Assembly (NCBI RefSeq): GCF_009914755.1
Contig: NC_060934.1
Source: the human T2T-CHM13v2.0 reference genome, Homo sapiens
Strand: one strand, 5' to 3'
Length of the DNA: 64,000 nucleotides
Of the stretch, positions 14,432-25,997 are shown in pieces (the stretch's first letter is position 1; the number at the start of each line of letters is the position of its first letter). The position numbers were made by a program, and so were the translations under genes. Below the pieces are notes generated by a model, which was given only the letters and a program-made list of their open reading frames with translations, was not told where the DNA came from and searched no databases.

Positions 14432-15590
14432 TGTGATATAACGAAAAATTGCAAGGAAAACAATTTTTTGTAGTTTCTTCTACTATACTCTTACATCACA
14501 CATCCACAGTGGATACCAGCTGGTTGTCCTCTAATTCAGTTCAATTCTAACATTATTTGGAGGTAGTATTGGGCACATTGTGTCAGATCCCACAGGTTGA
14601 GGGCTCAGTCCACAAGACTGTCCCCACTTCTGATGCCAATCACAAGCCCTATGTTGTATTACCACCCGTGCTTCTGACCAACTGCTATAAATCGGGGTTC
14701 CCACAACTCCCTCTTTGGGTTTGATTAACTTGCTAGAGTGGCTCATAGAACTCAGGAAAACCCTTATGCTTACCAGTTCATTATAAAGAAAGGGTACAGA
14801 TGAAGAGATAAGTAGGGTGAGGTATAGTAGAAAGAGCATGGAGTTTCTAGGCCCTCCCTGGGATGCCACCCTCCAAGAAGCTCTACATGTTCAGCTGTCC
14901 GAAAGTTCATGTGAACCCTGTTCTTTTGGGTTTTATGAAAGCTTCATTACATGGGCATGATTGATTAGATCATTGACCATTGATGATCAACTTCAGCTAC
15001 ACTTCAGTTCTTCTCCACTCCCTGAAAGTGAGAGTGGGATGAGTGTGTGATTGGGAAGTCCCAACCCTTTAATCACGCTTCAGTCTTTCTGGTGACCAGC
15101 TCCCATCCAGGAGCTAACTAACTAGGGACTGCCAACCATCAGTCAATCATTAGCATACAAATAGACACTTATCACTTTAAAGATTCCAAGGATTTTAGGA
15201 GTTGTATGTCAGGAGACTGGGATGAGGACCAAGCATATATTTTTTAATATCACAAAAATATATTGTAGATTTGGTCTTTGCACAGAATTCCTAAAACCCT
15301 TGGAATTTCCTGAACTAAAGGAGTGTCTTTTGTTATTCATAATGAGCTCTTTTCAACTATATCTGAGTTCGTGCTAACAAGGTGACTTAAGGTGGCCCCT
15401 CAGATGTTTCGAGGGAGCAGCTGGCCCTGCCAGAATAACCCTGCAGAGAATTAGATGGTTGGAACTTTCAGCCCCACACCCTGACCTCCTGGGAGAGGAA
15501 TGGGTCTGGAGACTGAGTTCAATCAGCAGTGGCCAATGACGTACTCAATCATGCCTATGCAGTGAAGCGTTGATAAAAACACCTGAAACA
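14432..15590 (+). mobile_element. MER21-family LTR fragment (MER21C-like), split by the antisense MER21 copy
   Basis: TGTGATATAACG at 14432 resumes at 15255 with TTTGGTCTTTG..CCTAAAACCCTTGGAATTTCCTGA. Confidence 0.65.
14450..15254 (-). mobile_element. MER21-family solo LTR (MER21B-like), nested in the first 18 bp of another MER21 LTR
   Basis: Reverse strand starts TGTGATATTAAAAAATATATGCTTGGTCCTCATCCC; 5-bp TSD AAAAT at 14445-14449 and 15255-15259. Confidence 0.75.
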
Positions 15591-16987
15591 TTCTTCTCTC
15601 TCATCCCTATGTTCTCGTGGTACATTAAGATCAAACACCAGTGCCAGCTTCTACACAAATTCTACCCCATTCTGTGCTACAGCCAAGTAATGCACCTCAT
15701 TTACATGCCATGATAGACCCACAGCTTCACTCATGATTTCACTGCTGTATTTGCAATGAGGCTACGCTATCCACAGTTTGCTCCCAGTGTGACAGACTAA
15801 GGCAGGCTCAATACTGGGAGGTTCAAGTCAACTCTGACACTGACTTGGCACAGGAACTCTCGATAGCCTTACCAAGTCTTCCTTGGGCTGCACACTCTTC
15901 CACCTAACCCCCTCCTCTTTCCTTCACTGAGGGTCAGGCTCGCATGGTGGCTCTATGGCTGTCCCAGGCTTTCTCAGCTTCCTCCCTGGTTTGGATCTGT
16001 GTCTCACCTAAATTTCATTTCAAATTATAATCTCCCATGTTGGAGGTGCGGCCTGGTGCAGGGTGATTGGATCATGGGGGTGGATCCTTCATGCATGGCT
16101 TAGCACCGTCCCTTGGTGCTGTTTTGTGACAGAGTTATCATGAGATCTGGCTGTTTCAAAGTGTGTGGCCCCTCGCCCCGCTTTGATCTTGCTCCTGCCA
16201 TATAAGATGCCCGCTCCTGCTTTGCCTTCTTCCATGAGTAAAAGTACCCTGAGGCCTCCCCAGAAACAGATGCCACCATGCTTCCTGTACAGGCTGCAGA
16301 ACTGTGAGCCAATTAAACCTCTCTTCTTTACAAATTATCCAATGTCAGGTATTTCTTTATAGCAGTGCAAAAATGGACTAATACAGAAAATTGGTACTGG
16401 GAGCGGGGCATTGTTATAAAGAGACCTGAAAATGTGGAAGCAACTTTCAAACTGGGTAACAGGTAAAGGCTGGAAATATTTGGAAGACCCAGAAGACGGG
16501 AAGATGAGGGGAGGTTTGGAAATTCCTAGAGCCTTGTGGAATGGTTTTGACCAAAATGCTGATAGTGATATGGACAGTGAAGTCCAGGATGAGGAGGTCT
16601 CAAATGGAAATCAGGAACTTATTGGGAAATGGAGCAAAGGTCACTTTTGTTATGCTTTAGCAAAGAATTTGGAGGCATTATGCCCCTACCCTAAGGATCT
16701 GTGGAACTCTGAACTTGAGAGTGATGATTTAGGGTATCTGGTGGAAGATTTCTAAGCAGCAAGGCATTCAAGATGTGGCCTGGCTACTTCTAACAGCCTA
16801 TGCTTACATATGTGAGTAAAAACATGACCTGAAACTGGAATTTACATTTAAAAGGAAGCAGAGAGTAAAAGTTTGGAAAATTGCAGCCTGCCCATGTGGC
16901 AGAAAAGAAAATCTCATTTTCAAGACAGGAATTTAAGCCAGCTACAGAAATTTGCATAAATAAAGAGGAGCCAAGTGCTAATATCCA

Positions 16988-19421
16988 TGTATTCATCTGT
17001 TTTCACACTGCTGGTAAAGACATACCCAAGACTGGGCAGTTTATAAAAGAAAGAGGTTTACTGGACTTAGAATCCCACGTGGCTGAGGAGGCCTCACAAT
17101 CATGGTGGGAGGTGAAAGGCACATCTCACATGGCGACAGACAAGAGAAGAGCTCGTGCAGGAAAACTCCCATTTTTTAAAACCGTCATATTTAGTGAGAC
17201 TTATTCGCTATCAGGAGAACAGCACTGGAAAGACCTGCCCCATGATTCAATTATCTCCCACCAGATCCCTCCCACAACACATGGGAAGTATGGGAGCTAA
17301 AAGATGAGATTTGGGTGGGGACACAGAACCAAACCATATCATTCCACCCTGGCCCCTCCCAAATATCATGTCTTCATATTTCAAAACCAATCATGCCTTC
17401 TCAACCATCCCCCAAAGTCAACTCATTTCAGCATTAACTCAAAAGTCCACAGTCCAAAGTCTCATCTGAGACAAAGCAAGTCCCTTCCACCTATGAGCCT
17501 GTAAAATCAAAAGCAAGTTAGTTACCTCCTAGATACAATAGAGGTACAGGTGTTGCATAAATACAGCTGTTTCAAATGGGAGAAATCGGCCAAACAAAGG
17601 GGCTACAGGCCCCATGCAAGTCCAAAATCCAGGGGGGCGGTCAAATCTTTAAGCTCCAAAATGATCTCCTTTGACTCCATGTCTCACATCCAGATCATGC
17701 TGATGCAAGAGGTAGGTTCCTATGGTATTGGGCAGCTCCACCCCTGTGGCCTTGCAGGGTTCAGCCTCCCTCCTGGCTGCTTTCAAGGGCTGGCATTGAG
17801 TGTCTGCAGCTTTTCCAGGAGCACAGTGAAAACTGTCAGTGGATCTACCATTCTAGGGTGTGGAGGATGGTGGCTCTCTTCTCACAGCTCCAGAAGGTGG
17901 TGCCCCAGTAGGGACTCTGTGTGGGGGATTTCCCTTCTGCACTGCCCTAGCAGAGGTTCTCCATGAGAGCCCTGCCCCTGCAACAAACTTCTGCCTGGAC
18001 ATCCAGGCATTTCCATACATTCTCTGAAATCTAGGTGGAGGTTCCCAAGCCTTAATACTTGACTTCTGTGCACTCACAAGGCTCAACACCACATGGAGGC
18101 AGCCAAGGCTTGGGGCTTGCACCCTCTGAAGCCATGGCCCTAGCTCTACATTGGCCCCTTTTAGCCATGGCTGGAGCAGCTGGGACTCAGGGTACTAAAA
18201 GTCCCTAGGCTGCACACAGAAACAGGAATCCTGGGTCCAGCCCACGAAACCATTTTCTCCTAGGCCTCCAGGCCTGTGATGAGAGGGGCTGCCGTGAAGA
18301 CCTGTGGACATGCCCTAGAGACATCTTCCCCCATTGTCTTGGGAGTAACATTCAGCTCCTCGTTACTTATGCAAATTTCTGCAGCTGGCTTGAATTTCTC
18401 CTCAGAATATGGGATTTTCTTTTCTATCATATTGTCCAGCTACAAATGTTCTGGGCTTTTATGCTCTGCTTCTCTTATAAAACTGAATGCTTTTAACAGC
18501 ACCCAAGACACATCTTAAATGCTCTGCTGCTTAGAAATTTCTTCTGTCAGATACCCTAAATCATCTCCCTCAAGTTCAAAGTTTCACAAGTCTCTAGGGC
18601 AGGGGCAAAATGCTGCCAGTCTCTTCGCTAAAGCATAATAAGAGTCACCTTTGCTTCAGTTCCCAACAAGTTCCTCATCTCCATCTGAAACCACCTCAGC
18701 CTGGACCTTATTGTTCATATCAGTATCAGCATTTTTGTCAAAGCCATTCAACATGTCTCTAGGAAGTACCAACCTTTCCCACATTTTCCTATCTTCTTCC
18801 CAGCCCTCCAAACTGTTCCAATCTCGGCCTGTTACCCACCTCCAAAGTCGCTTCCACATTTTTTGGTATCTTTTCAGCAATGTCACACTTCACTGGTACC
18901 AATTTACTGTATTAGTCCGTTTTCATGCTGATGATAAAGTCAAACTCAACACTGGGCAATTTACAAAAGAAAGGTGGACTTACAGTTCCACCTGGCTGGG
19001 GAGGCCACACAATCATGGCAGAAGGTGAAATTGCAAAATACAATCCTCCCTTCTCAATAGTTCCCCAAAGTCTTAACTGATTCCAGGATTAACTCAAAAG
19101 TTCAAAATCTCATCTAAGACAGGGCAAGCCCCTTCCACCTATGAGTCTGTAAAATAAAAAACAAGTTAGTTACTTCCAAGATACAATGGGGGTACAAGAA
19201 CTGGGCACACGGCAGCAGACAAGAGAAGAGCTTATGCAGGGAAACTCCCATTTTTTAAAACCATCAGATTTTGTGAGACTTATTCACTATCGAAAGAACA
19301 GCACAGGAAAGACCCAACCCCATGATTCAATTATGTCCCACTGGGTCCCTCCTATAACACGTGGGAATTATTGGAGCTACAAGATGAGATTTGGATGGGG
19401 ACACAGAGCCAAACCATATCA
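16988..19421 (-). mobile_element. Full-length THE1-type MaLR provirus (LTRs 16988-17341 and 18908-19421)
   Basis: Two antisense THE1 LTRs (TGTATT...AACCATATCA); 5-bp TSD ATCCA/ATCTA; the MST internal sequence resumes after it. Confidence 0.92.
19030..19205. repeat. 176-bp inverted copy of 20269-20444 inserted in the THE1 LTR
   Basis: Direct comparison: reverse complement matches with one mismatch (GAGTCTGT vs GAGTTTGT). Confidence 0.95.
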
Positions 19422-22041
19422 ATCTAAGACAATGGGGAAAAGGCCTTGAAGGCATTTCAGAGACCTTCACAGCAGCTCCTACCATCACAGGCCAGAGTCC
19501 TAGGAAGAAAGAATGGTTTTGTGGGCCAGGCCCAGTGCTCTGCTACCCTACTCAGCCTCAGGACATGCTCCCGGCATCCCAGCCACTCCAGCTCCAGCCT
19601 TGGCTCAAAGGGGCCCAGATGCAGCTCTGGCCACTCCTTCAGAGGATACAAACTGTAAGCTTTGGCAGCTTCCACATGATGTGAAGCCTGTGGTTACGCA
19701 GAGTGCAAAAGTTGAGGCTTGGGAGCCTCTGCTTAGATTTCAGAGGATGTATGGAAAAGCCTGAATGTCCAGGCAGAAGCCTGCTGTAGAGGTGGAGCAC
19801 TCATGGAGAACCTCTACTAGGGCAATGTGAAGGGAAAATGTGGGGTTGAAGCCCCCACACAAAGTCTCCATTGAGGCACTGATAGTGGAGCTGTGAGAAG
19901 AGGGCCACTGTCCTCCAGACCCCAGAATGGTAGATCCACTGTCCTCCAGATCCCAGAATGGTAGATCCAGACCCCAGAATGGCAGATCCACAGAATGGTA
20001 GATCCCTAGAAAAGCCATAAAGATTCAACACCAGCCTGTGAGAGCAACCACAGGGGCTGAACCCTGGAAAACCACAGAGCCAGAGCTGCTTAAGGCTTTG
20101 GGAGCACACCTCTTTCATCAGCGTACCCTGGATGTGAGACATGAAGTCAAAGGAAATTATTTTGGTGCTTTCAGACTTAATGACTGTCCTGCTGGGTTTT
20201 GGAATTGCATGGGGCCTGTAGCCCCTTTTTTGGGGGCCTGTTTCTCTCTTTTGGAATGAGAATATTTACCCAGTTCTTGTACCCCCATTGTATCTTGGAA
20301 GTAACTAACTTGTTTTTTATTTTACAAACTCATAGGTGGAAGGGGCTTGCCCTGTCTTAGATGAGATTTTGAACTTTTGAGTTAATCCTGGAATCAGTTA
20401 AGACTTTGGGGAACTATTGAGAAGGGAGGATTGTATTTTGCAATGTGAGAAGGACATGAGATTTGGGCGGGGTGGAATGATATGGTTTGCCTCTGTGTCC
20501 CCACCTAAATCTCATGTCGAATTGTAATCCCCAGTGTTGAAGATGGGGCCCATAGGGAGGTGATTGGTTCATGGGGGTGGATCCTTCATAAATTATTTAG
20601 CACCATTCCTTTGGTACCATCTTGTGATAGAGTTCTCATGAGATCTGGTTGTTTAAAAGTGTATAGCACCTACCTCCACCCCCTGACTTTTGTTCCTGCT
20701 CTTGCCGTGTAAGACACCTGCTCAGGCTTTGCCTTCTGCCATGAGTAAAAGCTCCCTTAGGCCTCCCCAGAAGCAGATCCCACGCTGCTTCTTGTACAGC
20801 CTACAGAACCATGAACCAATTAAACCTCTTTCTTTATAAATTACCCAGTCTCAGGTATTTTTTATAGCAGAGTGAAAATGGACTTACACCCCACATTTCT
20901 CTGCAGCTATACCTCCTGATTGAATCCCTGCACATTTAGTTCTGTCTTGGAGTCTGCTTCCTGAAGGACCCATACTAACACACTCCCTTGAGTTGAAATA
21001 ATGTTTTCCCTCTCTGAGTCCCCAGAGTGCCTCTTCAGCACCTCTCTCATGACAGGTAACGGTCTACCTTAAGCTGCCATTACTGTCTTATTTCCTACAC
21101 TGGACTGGAAGCTTCTCTCAAGGCTCTAAGCCTGAATCATTTTTTAATTCTTCTCTACATCTGGCAGATGTCAATAAATATTTGTTGACTAAATGCATAG
21201 GTAAATAAAGATGTAAGATGAGGCAACACAGTGAGGCAGGGAAACATTTCTCAAAGTGTGCTTACTGGGATATTAATGGGTGTTATTTGAAGAAAAACAA
21301 AAAGCAGAATCCCATAGTCAAATAAATTTTGGAAAGGATGAACCAAACAAAAATTAACAGGTGTCTACTGTAAGAATTCTCTGGGCATTTAAGGTGCTAC
21401 TTCTGTTTTGTGACACTCCAGGAGGCACAGTCCTTGTGTGATCATAGGCTTGTTGTTCTGTGGAACCCAGTTTGGGTTCACATAATTAGGAAGGACAGGT
21501 AAAGCTTCCAGAGGCATGGCGCTTGAGTCTTAAAGAATTGTAGGGATTTCAGTAGGCCAAGATTGAAGAAAGAAACAGAATGACTTTCCAGGCAACATTT
21601 CTTACACTATAGAGGCAGGAAGTCACAAGACACATTCAGGGAAGAGCATGCAGACTGTTTATCTACCGGGTTTCTATAGGAGACAGAAGGGTAGCAAGGC
21701 CAAGAACAAAAGTCATGAAGGAGCTGTATTCAGACTATGATATTGGCACTTTATCATATGCTATGAAGGCTTCTGCACCAGGAAATGATGGAATAAATGG
21801 TGACAAAGGGAATCACTAGTTTTAATTAGAAAGGCATACTGCATGTGTAATGACTTGGCAAGAAAAATTCCGTATGTTGCAAGAACAAATGAAGCAATCT
21901 CAAGTTTTATATCCAAGGCTATTTGTTTGTCACACTACTAAATCCATAGTCATAATAAGGCTTTTGTTATGCTTAATGTTCTAGTTTGCAATAAGTGTCA
22001 TGGTAAGAATCTATTAAAACCCTATGAGGATGAACAAATTC

Positions 22042-22330
22042 TTTTTTTTTTTTTTGAGATGGAGTCTCACTCTGTCACCCAGGCTGGAATGCAGTGGCAT
22101 GATCTCGGCTCACTACAACCTCCTGGGTTCAAGTGATTTTCCTGCCTCAGCCTCTTGAGTAGCTGGGACTACAGGTGCCTGCCACTATGCCTGGCTAATT
22201 TTTGTATTTTTAGTAGAGATGGCTTTTCACCATGTTGGCCAGGCTGGTCTTGAACTCCTGACCTCAGGTGATCCGCCACCTCGGCCTCTCAAAGTGCTGG
22301 GATTACAGGCATGAGCCAGCGCGCCTAGCT
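22042..22330 (-). mobile_element. AluS-type SINE
   Basis: Antisense Alu; TSD GAGGATGAACAAATT at 22026 and 22331. Confidence 0.95.
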
Positions 22331-22819
22331 GAGGATGAACAAATTATTTTGCATCAACTTCTAAGAAACAGAAGTGGTAAATCACATCCCCTCAAATTCC
22401 TGGTTCTTTTGTGACTCAAATTGTTAAGTTACAGTTACATCTTTGGTACACTTGTATACTATACAGCTACAGTTTATTTACTTTAAGTAATCCTTAATTT
22501 TGTTAACTAACTTCAAGAGATACTTAATGGTTGTGGGTATTATCTTGAAACCAAAATGTTGATATATAGCACAATGCAGACTCAAGTGCCAGTGCATGCC
22601 CATCACTTCCTCAGTAGATCAAAGTGCCACAGCAGCATGCATTGCTGCTGAGTTTGTGCTTTTAAGCAAGTCTGATGTTTGCAGCTTCTCCCTTGGATTA
22701 TATGATCTCAAGGGATTAATTTAAATTTAAATTATTTTTAATTTTGCAGTTCAACATTTTGGGCTTAAACTATTCAAATCAATGTAGGAATAATTTCAAA
22801 TCGTTCCAAAGTCAACTAG

Positions 22820-22933
22820 TTCTATCTGTCCATCTCTGCGCTGGGGTTTGAGATCCGCGGGTGCTTACTGACCCTTTTGGGTTGGAGTTAGCTCAAGCGG
22901 TTACCTCCTCAGGCTGGACTTTCTATCTGTCCA
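22820..22933 (+). pseudogene. Circularly permuted retrocopy of vault RNA 2-1 (VTRNA2-1 / nc886 / former pre-miR-886)
   Basis: 22820-22878 is the 3' half ending GGGTGCTTACTGACCCTTTT; 22879-22933 is the 5' half GGGTTGGAGTTAGCTCAAGCGGTTACCTCCTC..TTCTATCTGTCCA. About 6 substitutions against the VTRNA2-1 sequence as I recall it. TSD TCCAAAG(T/C)CAACT. Confidence 0.93.
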
Positions 22934-22941
22934 AAGCCAAC

Positions 22942-23695
22942 TGATATGGTTTGAATATTTGTCCCCTCCAAATCCCATATTGAAATTTGATCTCCAGTGT
23001 TGGAGGTGGGGCCAAGTGAGAGGTGTTTGGGTGACGGGGGTGGGTCTCTCATGAATGGCTTGGTGCTATCCCTATGGTAATGAGTGAATTCTTGCTCTGT
23101 TAGTTCATGTGAGAATTGGTTGTTTAAAAGAGCCTGGTGCCCACCCCTTGCCATGTGACATGCTGCCTCCCCTTGCCTTCTGCCATGAGTAAAAGCTTCC
23201 TGAGGACTCACCTGAAGCCAAGCAGATGGCAGCACCATGCTTCTTGTATATCCTGCAGAACCATCAGCCAAACAAACCTTTTTTCTTTATAAATTACCCA
23301 TTCTCAAGTACGGTGTATTGGTCCATTTTCATGCTGCTGATAGAGACCTACCCAAGGCTGGGCAATCTGCAAAAGAAAGAGGTTTAATCAACTTACAGTT
23401 CCACGTGGCTAGGAAGGCCTCACAATCAAGGCAGAAGGTGAAAGTCATGTCTCACATGGTGGCAGACAAGAGAAGAGAATTTGTGCAGAGAAACTCCCCT
23501 TTTTAAAACCATCAGATCTCATGAGACTTATTCACTATCAAGAGAACAGCATGGGAAAGACCTGCCCCCATGATTCAATTACCTCTTACCAGGTCTATCC
23601 CACAACATGTGGGAATTCAAGATGAGATTTGGGTGGGGGCACAGCCAAACCATATCATATGGGTACTTTATAGCAACACAAAATGGACTAATACA
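22942..23695 (+). mobile_element. MST (MSTB-like) solo LTR
   Basis: TGATATGGTTTGAATATTTGTCCCCTCC..GGACTAATACA; TSD CCAAC at 22937-22941 and 23696-23700. Confidence 0.9.
23314..23657 (-). mobile_element. THE1 solo LTR nested in the MST LTR
   Basis: TGTATTGGTCCATTTTCATGCTGCTGATA..AAACCATATCA; TSD TACGG/TATGG. Confidence 0.9.
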
Positions 23696-24425
23696 CCAAC
23701 ATTTGTTATGGCACTTGTAGTGAGTTAGAGAGGAGTGTTTCCTGAAAGTATCTTCAATGACTAAAATATGTATTTGCAACTGTTCTTCTTAGAATGCAAA
23801 TAAGATTTATATCTTTCAATTTGACATTTTGCTTTTCCAATGTTAATGCTTATCTTTTTTAGTTTATAAGCTAAGACTTTTCACCAACCATTCTCTATCT
23901 AAACATACAACTGATTCCACTGTGTCAGACTAATGTCAAAGAGAAACCCATGGCCACAGGAATCCCAGAATGTTTTTTTTTTTTCACTTTCTCTTCACTC
24001 AGTCACACTGGCTGCCTGACCCCAGGAGCTTTGTTCATTCTTTTTCCTCTATATAAAATGTTGTTTCTTCTTCTCCTCAGCAGGTTAACTCCCATCACTT
24101 ACTCAGAGAAACCTTCCCTGTCATAATGGAGTCAGTGCTTCTTTTATCATCTCTCTTAGCATTTCCTTTTAGAATGCCTAACAGTTGTAAATTTTGTGCT
24201 TGTGTGGTTAATAGTAGGCTGATTTCTTCTGGACCCTAATCTCCCTAAGATAATCAATCTGGTTGTCTTTACTAACATATAGTATACGAAATTACATTTT
24301 ATATATATACTTAAACCCCTTTAATAGGATTCCCAATAAGTTGTCTACTTTAGAAATTTCCCAAAGAAAACTGAAAAGAGAAAAAGCACTACCAAATAGA
24401 TGGAAAACTTTTGCTGAAAAAAAAA

Positions 24426-24723
<298 letters not shown>

Positions 24724-24750
24724 AAGTTTTGCTGATTTTTAAAGAACAAT

Positions 24751-25129
<379 letters not shown>

Positions 25130-25149
25130 TTAAGTAGACAAACTGCTGG

Positions 25150-25997
25150 CACATCTGCACAAGAAAATCAAAGATGTTGCAAATCAGATAAATGCTGAAT
25201 TAGAAGGCAGAATAACTATGACACAATGGAGATATAGCAATGATACAAATATTAAGAACTTAAGTAATGTAGAAAATCTATACAAAATGAATCAATTTCT
25301 GGAAAAAATATATAATGCAAGAAAATGGCACAGGAAGATAGAGAAATATTAAATAGAACAACAATTATTAAGGGAATTAAATTAAAGTTTCCAAAAGTAC
25401 CCAGACCCAAAGGGTCTTATGACTGCATCCTACCAAACTCTGAAAATAAGAATACAAGAAAATTTATAGTTCTTTCTACTTACGAACCCTAAGCAAAACA
25501 TTAGCTAAACAATAACAGTGGTTATTGATGATATTGCTACATCATAAAGAAGGGTTTATCCTGGAAATTCAAGCATAATTTAACATCATCAAAGCAGTCA
25601 TATTAACTACTTAGTAAAGGACTGAAGGGGAAAAAAATCATGGGATTATGGTAACATATGCAGAAAAGTGCTAGGTAACATTCAACATCTATTGATGATT
25701 TTTATTTTCTAAAAATCTCAAAGCTAGAAATATAAGAGTATTTTTGTATAGTAATAAAAACTGTATACCAAAAAATCAACACTTAGTCAACAAAAATATC
25801 AAATTTAATAGGAAAACCAAAATATTTCCTTAATGATTGGAAATGACTACCATTGCCATTACTACTTAATATAAACCTGGAAGTACTGGCAATCACTATG
25901 AGACAAGAAAAGAAAATAAGAACTAGAAGAATTTTAAGAAAAAACATAAAACTGTCCTTATTTGCAGATTTGATAATCTACATAGAAAAATCAACAG
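25150..25997 (+). mobile_element. Very old L1 (L1ME-like) ORF2 remnant that resumes at ~45658-46140
   Basis: Degenerate RT-region translation (LLLNINLEVLAITMRQEKKI..KLSLFADLIIYIEK); AATCAACAG present at both break points. Confidence 0.7.

Larger units (their letters stand above)
15987..20888 (+). mobile_element. MSTA-type MaLR provirus (5' LTR 15987-16385, internal region, 3' LTR 20478-20888) with a nested THE1 provirus
   Basis: Two similar MST LTRs ending GGACTAATACA / GGACTTACA; internal region starts GAAAATTGGTAC. Confidence 0.9.
15590..20982 (+). mobile_element. LTR33-like ERVL LTR split in two (~15590-15986 and 20889-20982) by an MST provirus
   Basis: Right piece ends TCTTGGAGTCTGCTTCCTGAAGGACCCATACTAACACA; left piece ends CAGCTTCCTCCC, contiguous in this LTR class. 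Confidence 0.55.

Noticed and set aside
16432-20259. ORFs of 65-139 aa in the MST/THE1 region
   Set aside because: Fragments of MaLR internal and LTR sequence, not host genes
22820-22933. Calling this the functional VTRNA2-1 gene or the named pseudogene VTRNA2-2P
   Set aside because: Order is permuted and the B-box is mutated, so it is not the functional gene; I cannot confirm genomic location, so no symbol is assigned
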